A DNA stretch of 10,906 bases from a virus (lineage: Duplodnaviria; Heunggongvirae; Uroviricota; Caudoviricetes). A program made the translations under genes and the position numbers. Shown here one piece after another: positions 1 through 8,277 of this stretch (position 1 is the first letter of the stretch; every line of letters starts with the position of its first letter). The notes beneath the pieces were generated by a model. That model searched no databases. It worked only from the letters and a program-made list of their open reading frames with translations, and had not been told where the DNA came from. Location of the stretch: IMG/VR virus record IMGVR_UViG_2681813263_000008, one strand, 5' to 3'.

Positions 1-1
1 G

Positions 2-109
2 GCGAATTACCGTCTTATATCACTGGCGCTGACATCTCCGGATGACGGGGGCAGCTGTTATCTCTGGCTCAACCGTGGGCAACCACCCGCAGTTAACCGG
101 CGACGATAA
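2..109 (+). CDS. FII: 3' fragment of head-tail joining protein (lambda FII-like); start lies upstream of window
   Basis: Frame-2 reading from position 2 is open to TAA at 107-109 and ends ...SPDDGGSCYLWLNRGQPPAVNRRR, matching the lambda gpFII C-terminus as I recall it. It sits immediately upstream of Z, as in lambda. Confidence 0.55.
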   Translation, partial: ANYRLISLALTSPDDGGSCYLWLNRGQPPAVNRRR

Positions 110-123
110 ACGCAGGGTGAATT

Positions 124-699
124 ATGGCGATAAAAGGGCTTGATCAGGCGATTGACAATCTGAGCCGGGTTCGTAAAAACGCCATTCCGGCTGCTTCTGC
201 AATGACCATTAACCGCGTGGCCACAACGGCGATTAATCAGTCTTCGTCACAGGTTGCCCGGGAAACCAGGGTGAGACGGAAACTGGTAAAGGAACGGTCC
301 AGACTGAAACGGGCGACGGTCAGAAATCCGAATGCCAGAATTATCGTTAACCGCGGTGATCTCCCTGTGATTAAGCTGGGGATCAGAATGCTGGGGCGTC
401 GTCCGAACAGCATACTCAAAGCCGGTCAGCATCGTTATCAGCGGGCATTTATCCAGCGATTAAATAATGGGCGCTGGCATGTTATGCAACGTCTTCCCCA
501 GGCCAGATATGAGGAGGGCAATGACGACAAGGGAAGGAAAAAGCGTAATCGCCTTCCCATTCAGGTGGTGAAAATCCCGATGGCGGCCCCACTGAAACAG
601 GCATTTGATGAGAATGTTGACCGTATCCGGCGTGAACGCCTGCCTAAAGAACTGGCATACGCGCTGAAACAACAACTGAGGATTGCGATAAAACGATGA
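124..699 (+). CDS. Z: tail completion protein (lambda gpZ-like)
   Basis: 191-aa ORF beginning MAIKGLDQAIDNLSR... and ending ...[22 protein letters not shown], very similar to lambda gpZ (192 aa) in sequence and length. Its stop overlaps the U start as ATGA at 696-699. Confidence 0.9.
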   Translation: MAIKGLDQAIDNLSRVRKNAIPAASAMTINRVATTAINQSSSQVARETRVRRKLVKERSRLKRATVRNPNARIIVNRGDLPVIKLGIRMLGRRPNSILKAGQHRYQRAFIQRLNNGRWHVMQRLPQARYEEGNDDKGRKKRNRLPIQVVKIPMAAPLKQAFDENVDRIRRERLPKELAYALKQQLRIAIKR

Positions 700-1091
700 A
701 ACACACTGACATTCGTGCCGCAGTGCTGGATGCACTCGAGCAGCATGAACACGGGGCGACGCTGTTTGATGGTCGCCCCGTTGTTTTTGACGAAGAGGAT
801 TTTCCTGCGATCGCGGTTTATCTGACGGATGCAGAGTATACCGGTGAAGAGCTGGATGCAGATACCTGGCGGGCCACACTGCATATTGAGGTGTTTTTAC
901 CGGCACAGGTACCTGATTCGGAGCTCGATCAGTGGATGGAAAGCCGGATTTATCCGGCGATGACTGCGATCCCTGCACTGGCAGGACTGATTACCACGAT
1001 GGTTACGCAGGGCTATGAGTATCGTCGTGATGACGATATGGCGTTATGGAGCTCTGCGGATCTGACTTATTCCATTACATACGAGATGTGA
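696..1091 (+). CDS. U: tail terminator protein (lambda gpU-like)
   Basis: 131-aa [31 protein letters not shown]...[13 protein letters not shown], near-identical in length and sequence to lambda gpU (131 aa). The start is coupled to the Z stop; GAGGA lies upstream of the following V. Confidence 0.92.
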   Translation: MKHTDIRAAVLDALEQHEHGATLFDGRPVVFDEEDFPAIAVYLTDAEYTGEELDADTWRATLHIEVFLPAQVPDSELDQWMESRIYPAMTAIPALAGLITTMVTQGYEYRRDDDMALWSSADLTYSITYEM

Positions 1092-1098
1092 GGACGAT

Positions 1099-1851
1099 AT
1101 GGCAACACCAAATCCCCTGGAGCCGGTAAAAGGTGCCGGTACCACTCTGTGGGTTTACAACGGCAAGGCTGATGCTTATGCAAACCCGTTGTCAGACGAT
1201 GACTGGCAGCGACTGGCTAAGGTGAAGGATCTGACGCCGGGCGAGATGACGGCTGAATCCTATGATGATAACTACCTGGATGATGAAGACGCGGACTGGA
1301 GCGCGACCGGGCAGGGGCAGAAATCTGCAGGTGATACCAGTTTTACGCTGGCCTGGAAACCGGGAGAGGAAGGCCAGAAAGGGCTTATAGGCTGGTTTGA
1401 AAGCGGCGATGTCCGGGCCTATAAAATCCGTTTTCCGAATGGCACGGTGGATGTGTTTCGTGGCTGGGTCAGCAGTATCGGTAAGGCCGTGACGGCGAAA
1501 GAAGTGATCACCCGCACGGTGAAAGTCACTAACGTGGGTAAACCTTCTGTAGCGGAAGAACGCAGCAAAATTACGCCGGTCAGTGCGATTAAGGTGACGC
1601 CGACATCCGGTACGGTGGCAAAAGGGAAAACAACCACCCTGACGGTTTCTTTTGAGCCGGAAAGTGCAACCGACAAGACGTTCAGAGCGGTTTCCGCCGA
1701 TCCGTCGAAAGCCACCATTAGTGTGAAAGATATGACAATTACGGTAAACGGCGTGGCGACAGGTAAGGTGCAGATCCCTGTGGTGAGCGGAAATGGTCAG
1801 TTCGCCGCAGTGGCTGAAGTCACCGTTACTGAAGCGGGCGCTGCAGGGTAA
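1099..1851 (+). CDS. V: major tail tube protein with C-terminal Ig-like (Big_2-type) domain (lambda gpV-like)
   Basis: 250-aa ORF containing [33 protein letters not shown] and [39 protein letters not shown], all hallmark gpV stretches. The C-terminal ~90 aa (TLTVSFEPE...[12 protein letters not shown]) resembles the gpV Ig-like domain. A GAGG RBS precedes the ATG. Confidence 0.93.
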   Translation: MATPNPLEPVKGAGTTLWVYNGKADAYANPLSDDDWQRLAKVKDLTPGEMTAESYDDNYLDDEDADWSATGQGQKSAGDTSFTLAWKPGEEGQKGLIGWFESGDVRAYKIRFPNGTVDVFRGWVSSIGKAVTAKEVITRTVKVTNVGKPSVAEERSKITPVSAIKVTPTSGTVAKGKTTTLTVSFEPESATDKTFRAVSADPSKATISVKDMTITVNGVATGKVQIPVVSGNGQFAAVAEVTVTEAGAAG

Positions 1852-1864
1852 ACGGAGGTAATAC

Positions 1865-2296
1865 ATGTTTCTGAAAACAGAACAATTTGAATATAACGGT
1901 GTGTCTGTCACGCTTTCCGAATTGTCTGCGCTGCAGCGTATCGAGCATCTTGCCCTCCTGAAACGGCGTGCAGAACAGGCAGAATCCAGCGGCAACCTGC
2001 AGGTAAGCGTGGAAGATCTCGTCAGAACCGGCGCGTTTCTGGTGGCGATGTCCCTGTGGCATAACCATCCACAGAAAACGCAGTCACCGTCAATGAATGA
2101 GGCCGTGATGAAGATAGAGCAGGAAGTGCTCACCACCTGGCCTGCCGATGCCATTGCCCGGGCGGAAGACGTGGTGTTGTGCCTGTCCGGGATGATCGAA
2201 GCTGTTCGTCCGGATACTGATATTACTGAAGTGGCGAAAAATAACACGCTGACTGATGATGATTTTTCTGCGGGAAAGTCTTCGACGGCGAGCTGA
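1865..2296 (+). CDS. G: tail assembly chaperone (lambda gpG-like)
   Basis: 143-aa ORF MFLKTEQFEYNGVSVTLSELSALQRIEHLALLKRRAEQAES...AMSLWHNHPQKTQSPSMNEAV..., matching lambda gpG. GGAGG RBS sits 8 nt upstream. The slippery heptamer lies near its 3' end. Confidence 0.9.
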   Translation: MFLKTEQFEYNGVSVTLSELSALQRIEHLALLKRRAEQAESSGNLQVSVEDLVRTGAFLVAMSLWHNHPQKTQSPSMNEAVMKIEQEVLTTWPADAIARAEDVVLCLSGMIEAVRPDTDITEVAKNNTLTDDDFSAGKSSTAS

Positions 2297-2736
2297 ACTT
2301 TGCCCTCAGACTGGCGCGTGAGATGGGGAGACCCGACTGGCGCGCCATGCTTGCCGGGATGACATCCACCGAATATGCCGACTGGCACCGTTTTTACCGC
2401 ACGCATTATTTTCAGGATACCCAGCTGGATATGCATTTTTCCGGGCTGACGTACGCTGTACTCAGCCTGTTTTTTTGCGATCCGGATATGCATCCCTCTG
2501 ATTTCAGTCTGCTTGTCCCCCGGCATGAGGAAGAGCAGGTGGAGAGGCCGGATGAGGACAAAATGCTGATGCAGAAAGCGGCAGGACTTGCCGGAGGCGT
2601 CCGGTTCGGTGGGGACGGAGGGCGCGATATTTTATCGTCTGCGGATGTGGCGGATGTCATGGTGGATGATGCCGCATTAATGATGGCTTCAGCGGGGATT
2701 CCGGGAGGTGTGAGATATGTCCCAGCCGGTTGGTGA
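1865..2736 (+). CDS. T: tail assembly chaperone G-T fusion made by programmed -1 ribosomal frameshift at 2272-2278 (lambda gpGT-like)
   Basis: G is read in frame 2 to the heptamer G GGA AAG (2272-2278). The -1 frame (frame 1) is closed by three consecutive TGA codons (2254-2262) and opens only at 2263, then runs to TGA at 2734-2736, encoding ...VFDGELNFALRLAREMGRPDWRAMLAGMTSTEYADWHRFYRT.... Same architecture as lambda G/GT; predicted fusion ~290 aa. Confidence 0.8.
2272..2278 (+). other. slippery heptamer G GGA AAG (programmed -1 frameshift signal for G-T)
   Basis: Exact X XXY YYZ heptanucleotide in the G reading frame, the same heptamer as the lambda G/T site. It sits just where the -1 frame becomes open. 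Confidence 0.8.
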
Positions 2737-5378
2737 TCTTGTTATTGACCTGAGTCTGGATGCTGTCCGTTTCGATGAGCAGATGAGCCGGGTAAGGCGT
2801 CATTTTTCAGGTCTGGATACCGACGCCAGAAAAACCGCCAGTGCTGTTGAACAGGGCCTGAGCCGCCAGGCGCTGGCTGCACAAAAAGCCGGGATTTCCG
2901 TCGGGCAGTATAAAGCGGCCATGCGAACCCTGCCCGCACAGTTTACGGATATCGCCACGCAGCTTGCCGGTGGTCAGAATCCCTGGCTGATCCTGCTGCA
3001 ACAGGGCGGTCAGGTGAAGGACTCCTTCGGCGGGATGATCCCCATGTTCAGGGGGCTTGCCGATGCGATCACCCTGCCGATGGTCGGGGTCACCTCGCTG
3101 GCGGTGGCGACAGGTGCACTGGTGTACGCCTGGTACCAGGGAGATTCCACGCTTTCAGCGTTTAATAAAACCCTGGTTCTTTCCGGTAATCAGTCCGGAC
3201 TGACTGCCGATCGTATGCTGACTCTCTCAAGAGCCGGGCAGGCAGCAGGGCTGACGTTTAACCAGGCGAGAGAGTCACTGGCAGCCCTGGTGAATGCCGG
3301 TGTGCGTGGTGGTGAACAGTTTGATGCCATCAACCAGAGTGTCGCGCGTTTTGCGTCTGCATCCGGTGTGGAGGTGGATAAAGTCGCTGAAGCCTTCGGG
3401 AAGCTGACCACTGACCCGACGTCGGGACTGATGGCGATGGCGCGCCAGTTCCGTAACGTGACGGCAGAGCAGATTGCGTATGTTGCACAGCTGCAGCGTT
3501 CCGGAGACGAGGCCGGGGCATTGCAGGCGGCGAACGATATCGCCACGAAAGGCTTTGATGAGCAGACCCGTCGCCTGAAAGAAAACATGGGAACACTGGA
3601 GACCTGGGCGGATAAAACAGGGAAGGCATTCAAATCGATGTGGGATGCCATTCTGGATATCGGTCGTCCGGAATCCTCAGCGGATATGCTCGCCAGTGCG
3701 CAGAAGGCATTTGATGAGGCGGATAAAAAATGGCAGTGGTACCAGAGTCGGAGCCAGCGCCGCGGTAAAACCTCCTCTTTCCGGGCCAACCTTCAGGGCG
3801 CATGGGATGACCGGGAAAATGCCCGTCTGGGTCTGGCAGCGGCAACGCTGCAGTCGGATATGGAAAAAGCCGGTGAACTGGCGGCAAGGGACAGGGCTGA
3901 GCGTGAGTCGTCACAGCTGAAGTATACCGGAGAGGCGCAGAAGGCGTATGAGCGCCTGCTGACGCCACTGGAGAAATATACCGCCCGNNNNNNNNNNNNN
4001 NNNNNNNNNNNNNNNNNNNNNNNNNNNNNNNNNNNNNNNNNNNNNNNNNNNNNNNNNNNNNNNNNNNNNNNNNNNNNNNNNNNNNNNNNNNNNNNNNNNN
4101 NNNNNNNNNNNNNNNNNNNNNNNNNNNNNNNNNNNNNNNNNNNNNNNNNNNNNNNNNNNNNNNNNNNNNNNNNNNNNNNNNNNNNNNNNNNNNNNNNNNN
4201 NNNNNNNNNNNNNNNNNNNNNNNNNNNNNNNNNNNNNNNNNNNNNNNNNNNNNNNNNNNNNNNNNNNNNNNNNNNNNNNNNNNNNTGCGAATGAAAAAAT
4301 CAGCCAGCAGCGCCGTGATTTATGGAAAGCGGAAAATCAGTATGTGGTCCTGAAAGAGGCCGCCACGAAACGGCAGTTATCTGAGCAGGAAAAATCCCTG
4401 CTGGCCCATGAGAAAGAAACGCTGGAGTACAAACGCCAGCTGGCTGAGCTGGGCGACAAGATTGAACACCAGAAACGGCTGAATGAGCTGGCACAGCAGG
4501 CGGCGCGGTTTGAACAGCAGCAGAGCGCGAAGCAGGCGGCAATCAGCGCAAAAGCCCGCGGACTCACCGACCGTCAGGCGCAGCGGGAGTCGGAAGAGCA
4601 GCGCCTTCGTGAGGTGTACGGTGATAATCCGGCTGCGCTGGCGAAGGCCACATCTGCACTGAAGAACACCTGGTCTGCGGAGGAGCAGCTTCGTGGAAGC
4701 TGGATGGCCGGGATGAAGTCCGGCTGGGGCGAGTGGGCGGAAAGTGCGACGGACAGTTTTTCGCAGGTTAAAAACGCGGCCACGCAGACCTTTGACGGTA
4801 TTGCACAGAATATGGCAGCGATGCTGATCGGCAGCGAACAGAACTGGCGTGGTTTCACCCGTTCTGTGCTGTCCATGCTGACAGAGATTTTTCTGAAGCA
4901 GGCGATGGTGGGGATAGTCGGGAGTATCGGCAGCGCCATTGGCGGTGCTTTCGGTGGTGGTGCGTCTGCCTCCACGGGGACGGCCATTCAGGCTGCGGCG
5001 GCGAACTTCCATTTCGCGACCGGGGGATTTACGGGGACGGGGGGTAAATATGAACCTGCGGGGATTGTTCATCGCGGGGAGTTTGTCTTCACGAAGGAGG
5101 CGACCAGCCGGATTGGTGTCGGCAATCTGTACCGCCTGATGCGGGGCTATGCGGAAGGTGGTTATGTCGGCGGTGCCGGAAGTCCGGCGCAGATGCGGCG
5201 GGCGGAAGGCATTAATTTTAATCAGAACAATCACGTGGTGATTCAGAACGACGGCCCCAACGGGCGGGCAGGGCCGCAGCTGATGAAAGCGGTGTATGAG
5301 ATGGCCCGCAAGGGGGCACAGGATGAACTCCGGCTGCAGTTGCGTGATGGCGGTATGTTATCAGGGAGCGGTGGATGA
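2717..5378 (+). CDS. H: tail tape measure protein (lambda gpH-like); interrupted by a 298-nt N-run with a +1 frame offset across it
   Basis: N-terminal part (2717-3987, frame 2) MSQPVGDLVIDLSLDAVRFDEQMSRVRRHFSG...QKAYERLLTPLEKYTA and C-terminal part (4287-5378, frame 0) ANEKISQQRRDLWKAENQYVVLKEAATKRQLS...AIQAAAANFHFATGGFTGTGGKYEPAGIVHRGEFVFTKEATSRIGVGNLYRLMRGYA... both match lambda gpH. GGGAGGTG RBS precedes the start; the start overlaps the T stop by 20 nt. The frame is not continuous across 3988-4285. Confidence 0.85.
3988..4285. other. run of 298 N (unresolved or masked sequence) inside H
   Basis: Directly visible as n characters; flanked on both sides by gpH-like coding sequence in different frames. 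Confidence 0.99.
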
Positions 5379-5722
5379 AAACCTTTCGCTGGAAAGTGAA
5401 GCCGGATATGGAGGTGAACTCGCAGCCATCGGNNNNNNNNNNNNNNNNNNNGCGTGAAGTGCGTTTTGGTGACGGGTACTCACAGCGTATGGCGGCAGGG
5501 CTGAATGCTGACCTGAAAACATACAGGGTGACGCTTTCCGTGACCCGGGAGGAGGCCCGGCATCTGGAAGCGTTCCTGGCAGAGCACGGTGGCTGGAAGG
5601 CATTTTTGTGGAAGCCACCCTATGCATACCGGCAGATAAAGGTGACCTGTGCCGGGTGGTCTGCGCGGGTCGGGATGTTGCGCGTTGAGTTCAGCGCGGA
5701 GTTTAAGCAGGTGGTGAACTGA
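5375..5722 (+). CDS. M: tail tip protein (lambda gpM-like); contains a 19-nt N-run
   Basis: ORF MKTFRWKVKPDMEVNSQPS[N-run]REVRFGDGYSQRMAAGLNADLKTYRVTLSV...IKVTCAGWSARVGMLRVEFSAEFKQVVN matches lambda gpM (109 aa). Frame is continuous across the N-run. ATG overlaps the H stop (ATGA at 5375-5378). Confidence 0.88.
   Translation: MKTFRWKVKPDMEVNSQPSXXXXXXXREVRFGDGYSQRMAAGLNADLKTYRVTLSVTREEARHLEAFLAEHGGWKAFLWKPPYAYRQIKVTCAGWSARVGMLRVEFSAEFKQVVN
5433..5451. other. run of 19 N inside M
   Basis: Directly visible; the M reading frame is continuous across it. Confidence 0.99.
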
Positions 5723-6429
5723 TGCAGGATATTCGCGAAGAAAGTCTGAACGAGTCGGTTAAGTCAGAGCAGTCACCGCGGGTGGTACTCTGGGAAATCG
5801 ACCTGACGGTACAGGGTGGTGAGCGGTATTTTTTCTGTAATGAGCTGAATGAAAAAGGGGAGCCGGTCACCTGGCAGGGGCGTAAGTATGAGGCATACCC
5901 GATTGACGGCAGCGGCTTTGAGATGAACGGCCGGGGCAGCAGTGCCAGACCGTCGCTGACGGTGTCCAATCTGTTCGGTCTGGTCACCGGGATGGCGGAA
6001 GACCTGCAGAGTCTGGTGGGGGCCACGGTGGTCCGCCGCCGGGTGTATGCCCGTTTTCTGGATGCGGTGAATTTCGTTGCGGGCAATCCGGAGGCGNNNN
6101 NNNNNNNNNNNNNNNNNNNNNNNNNNNNNNNNNNNNNNNNNNNNNNNNNNNNNNNNNNNNNNNNNNNNNNNNNNNNNNNNNNNNNNNNNNNNNNNNNNNN
6201 NNNNNNNNNNNNNNNNNNNNNNNNNNNNNNNNNNNNNNNNNNNNNNNNNNNNNNNNNNNNNNNNNNNNNNNNNNNNNNNNNNNNNNNNNNNNNNNNNNNN
6301 NNNNNNNNNNNNNNNNNNNNNNNNNNNNNNNNNNNNNNNNNNNNNNNNNNNNNNNNNNNNNNNNNNNNNNNNNNNNNNNNNNNNNNNNNNNNNNNNNNNN
6401 NATGTCGGCAATTTTGGCGGTTTCCTTTC
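5722..6429 (+). CDS. L: tail tip protein (lambda gpL-like); 3' end and stop hidden in N-runs
   Basis: N-terminal part (5722-6096, frame 1) MQDIREESLNE...VVLWEIDLT..GGERYFFCNE.NEKGEPVTWQGR.Y..YPI.GSGFE.NG...RPSLTVSNLFGLVTGMAEDLQSLVGATVVRRRVYARFLDAVNFV matches lambda gpL. An isolated island 6402-6429 encodes (N)VGNFGGFLS, the gpL C-terminal motif, but in frame 2. Start overlaps the M stop (TGATG). Confidence 0.8.
6097..6401. other. run of 305 N inside L
   Basis: Directly visible; separates the gpL N-terminal part from the 28-nt gpL C-terminal island. Confidence 0.99.
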
Positions 6430-6701
6430 NNNNNNNNNNNNNNNNNNNNNNNNNNNNNNNNNNNNNNNNNNNNNNNNNNNNNNNNNNNNNNNNNNNNNNN
6501 NNNNNNNNNNNNNNNNNNNNNNNNNNNNNNNNNNNNNNNNNNNNNNNNNNNNNNNNNNNNNNNNNNNNNNNNNNNNNNNNNNNNNNNNNNNNNNNNNNNN
6601 NNNNNNNNNNNNNNNNNNNNNNNNNNNNNNNNNNNNNNNNNNNNNNNNNNNNNNNNNNNNNNNNNNNNNNNNNNNNNNNNNNNNNNNNNNNNNNNNNNNN
6701 N
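6430..6701. other. run of 272 N covering L 3' end, L-K junction and K 5' end
   Basis: Directly visible. Confidence 0.99.
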
Positions 6702-7244
6702 CCTGGCTGAGCGAGGCTGACCGGCGGNNNNNNNNNNNNNNNNNNNNNNNNNNNNNNNNNNNNNNNNNNNNNNNNNNNNNNNNNNNNNNNNNNNNNNNNN
6801 NNNNNNNNNNNNNNNNNNNNNNNNNNNNNNNNNNNNNNNNNNNNNNNNNNNNNNNNNNNNNNNNNNNNNCTGTTCCGGGATGCTTATCATCTGGCGGGGA
6901 CTGAAATGCCGGATTTTCATCGCGAGGATGACTGGTGGCGCAACGGTCAGAACCTTTACCTGGACAATATGGCGGTCACCGGCTTTTACCGGGTGCCCCT
7001 GTCCTCTGCACAGGCGGGCGATATTCTGCTGTGCTGCTTTGGTGCTTCGGTACCGAACCATGCCGCCATTTACTGCGGCAACGGTGAGCTGCTTCACCAT
7101 CTGCCTGAACAACTGAGTAAACGGGAGAGGTATTCCGAAAAATGGCAACGACGAACGCATTCAGTCTGGCGTCACCGCCACTGGCACGCATCTGCCTTCA
7201 CGGGGATTTACAACGATTTGGCCGCCGCCTCAGCCTGTATGTGA
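6702..7244 (+). CDS. K: tail tip assembly protein (lambda gpK-like); 5' end hidden in N-runs, visible in two pieces
   Basis: Island 6702-6727 encodes WLSEADRR (frame 2). The segment 6870-7244 (frame 0) encodes LFRDAYHLAGTEMPDFHREDDWWRNGQNLYLDNMAVTGFYRVPL...GDILLCCFGASVPNHAAIYCGNGELLHHLPEQLSKRERYSEKWQRRTHSVWRHRHW..., consistent with the gpK C-terminal region. Stop TGA at 7242-7244 lies 103 nt inside I, the same K/I overlap length as in lambda. Confidence 0.75.
6728..6869. other. run of 142 N inside K
   Basis: Directly visible; the K-like islands on either side are in different frames. Confidence 0.99.
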
Positions 7245-7646
7245 ACACGGCAGCGGAAGCCATTCGCGCCCTGTCGATGCAGATGCCGGGCTTTCGCCGT
7301 CAGATGAACGAAGGCTGGTACCAGATACGTATTGCCGGTTATGACACGGCACCGGAGGCGGTGTACGCCCGTCTTCACGAACAGCTGGGTGAGGGAACGG
7401 TCATCCACATTGTGCCGCGACTGGCCGGGGCCGGAAAGGGTGGACTGCAGATTGTGCTGGGGGCGGCAGCCATCGTGGGCTCTTTCTTCACTGCCGGGGC
7501 ATCAATGGCGTTATGGGGTTCAGCCCTGGCAGCCGGTGGTTTTTCTGCCACCACGATGCTGTTTTCACTTGGAGCCAGCATGATTCTGGGCGGTGTGGCC
7601 CAGATGCTGGCCCCGAAGGCAAAAACACCGGATTACCGCGCAACGG
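7142..7646 (+). CDS. I: tail tip assembly protein (lambda gpI-like); 3' end hidden in the 615-nt N-run
   Basis: ORF MATTNAFSLASPPLARICLHGDLQRFGRRLSLYVNTAAEAIRAL...WYQIRIAGYD...VIHIVPRLAGAGKGGLQIVLGAAAIVGSFFTAGA...FSLGASMILGGVAQMLAPKAKTP, clearly gpI-like. GAGAGG RBS precedes the start. It begins inside the K 3' end in a different frame. Confidence 0.85.
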
Positions 7647-8261
7647 NNNNNNNNNNNNNNNNNNNNNNNNNNNNNNNNNNNNNNNNNNNNNNNNNNNNNN
7701 NNNNNNNNNNNNNNNNNNNNNNNNNNNNNNNNNNNNNNNNNNNNNNNNNNNNNNNNNNNNNNNNNNNNNNNNNNNNNNNNNNNNNNNNNNNNNNNNNNNN
7801 NNNNNNNNNNNNNNNNNNNNNNNNNNNNNNNNNNNNNNNNNNNNNNNNNNNNNNNNNNNNNNNNNNNNNNNNNNNNNNNNNNNNNNNNNNNNNNNNNNNN
7901 NNNNNNNNNNNNNNNNNNNNNNNNNNNNNNNNNNNNNNNNNNNNNNNNNNNNNNNNNNNNNNNNNNNNNNNNNNNNNNNNNNNNNNNNNNNNNNNNNNNN
8001 NNNNNNNNNNNNNNNNNNNNNNNNNNNNNNNNNNNNNNNNNNNNNNNNNNNNNNNNNNNNNNNNNNNNNNNNNNNNNNNNNNNNNNNNNNNNNNNNNNNN
8101 NNNNNNNNNNNNNNNNNNNNNNNNNNNNNNNNNNNNNNNNNNNNNNNNNNNNNNNNNNNNNNNNNNNNNNNNNNNNNNNNNNNNNNNNNNNNNNNNNNNN
8201 NNNNNNNNNNNNNNNNNNNNNNNNNNNNNNNNNNNNNNNNNNNNNNNNNNNNNNNNNNNNN
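7647..8261. other. run of 615 N covering I 3' end and the I-J junction
   Basis: Directly visible; only 16 nt of readable sequence (with the J RBS) separate it from the J start codon. Confidence 0.99.
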
Positions 8262-8277
8262 TTCAGGGGAAGGCTGT

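Noticed and set aside
1192-2526. 444-aa ORF on the minus strand spanning V, G and T
   Set aside because: It lies antisense to three strongly supported, lambda-homologous + strand genes. The translation is Arg/Cys/His-rich and low-complexity, typical of a spurious open frame opposite GC-rich coding sequence. No RBS or recognisable similarity.
2323-2736. T as a separately initiated 137-aa gene from the ATG at 2323
   Set aside because: The frame is open and homologous from 2263, immediately at the slippery heptamer, and there is no convincing RBS before 2323. In lambda, T is expressed only as the G-T frameshift fusion, so the fusion is the better call.
3645-3920. 91-aa plus-strand ORF in an alternative frame inside H
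   Set aside because: It is fully embedded in conserved tape-measure coding sequence in another frame. The translation is Arg/Trp-rich with no supporting signals.
5703-7160. 485-aa minus-strand ORF spanning L and K
   Set aside because: Most of its length is N (translated as X), so the open frame is an artefact of unresolved bases. The rest is antisense to the L and K coding sequence.
3988-8261. N-runs as biological features (repeats, CRISPR, mobile-element insertions)
   Set aside because: N is an unresolved-base symbol and carries no sequence information. The runs fall inside genes whose homologous flanks continue on the other side, so they are assembly gaps or masking, not elements.
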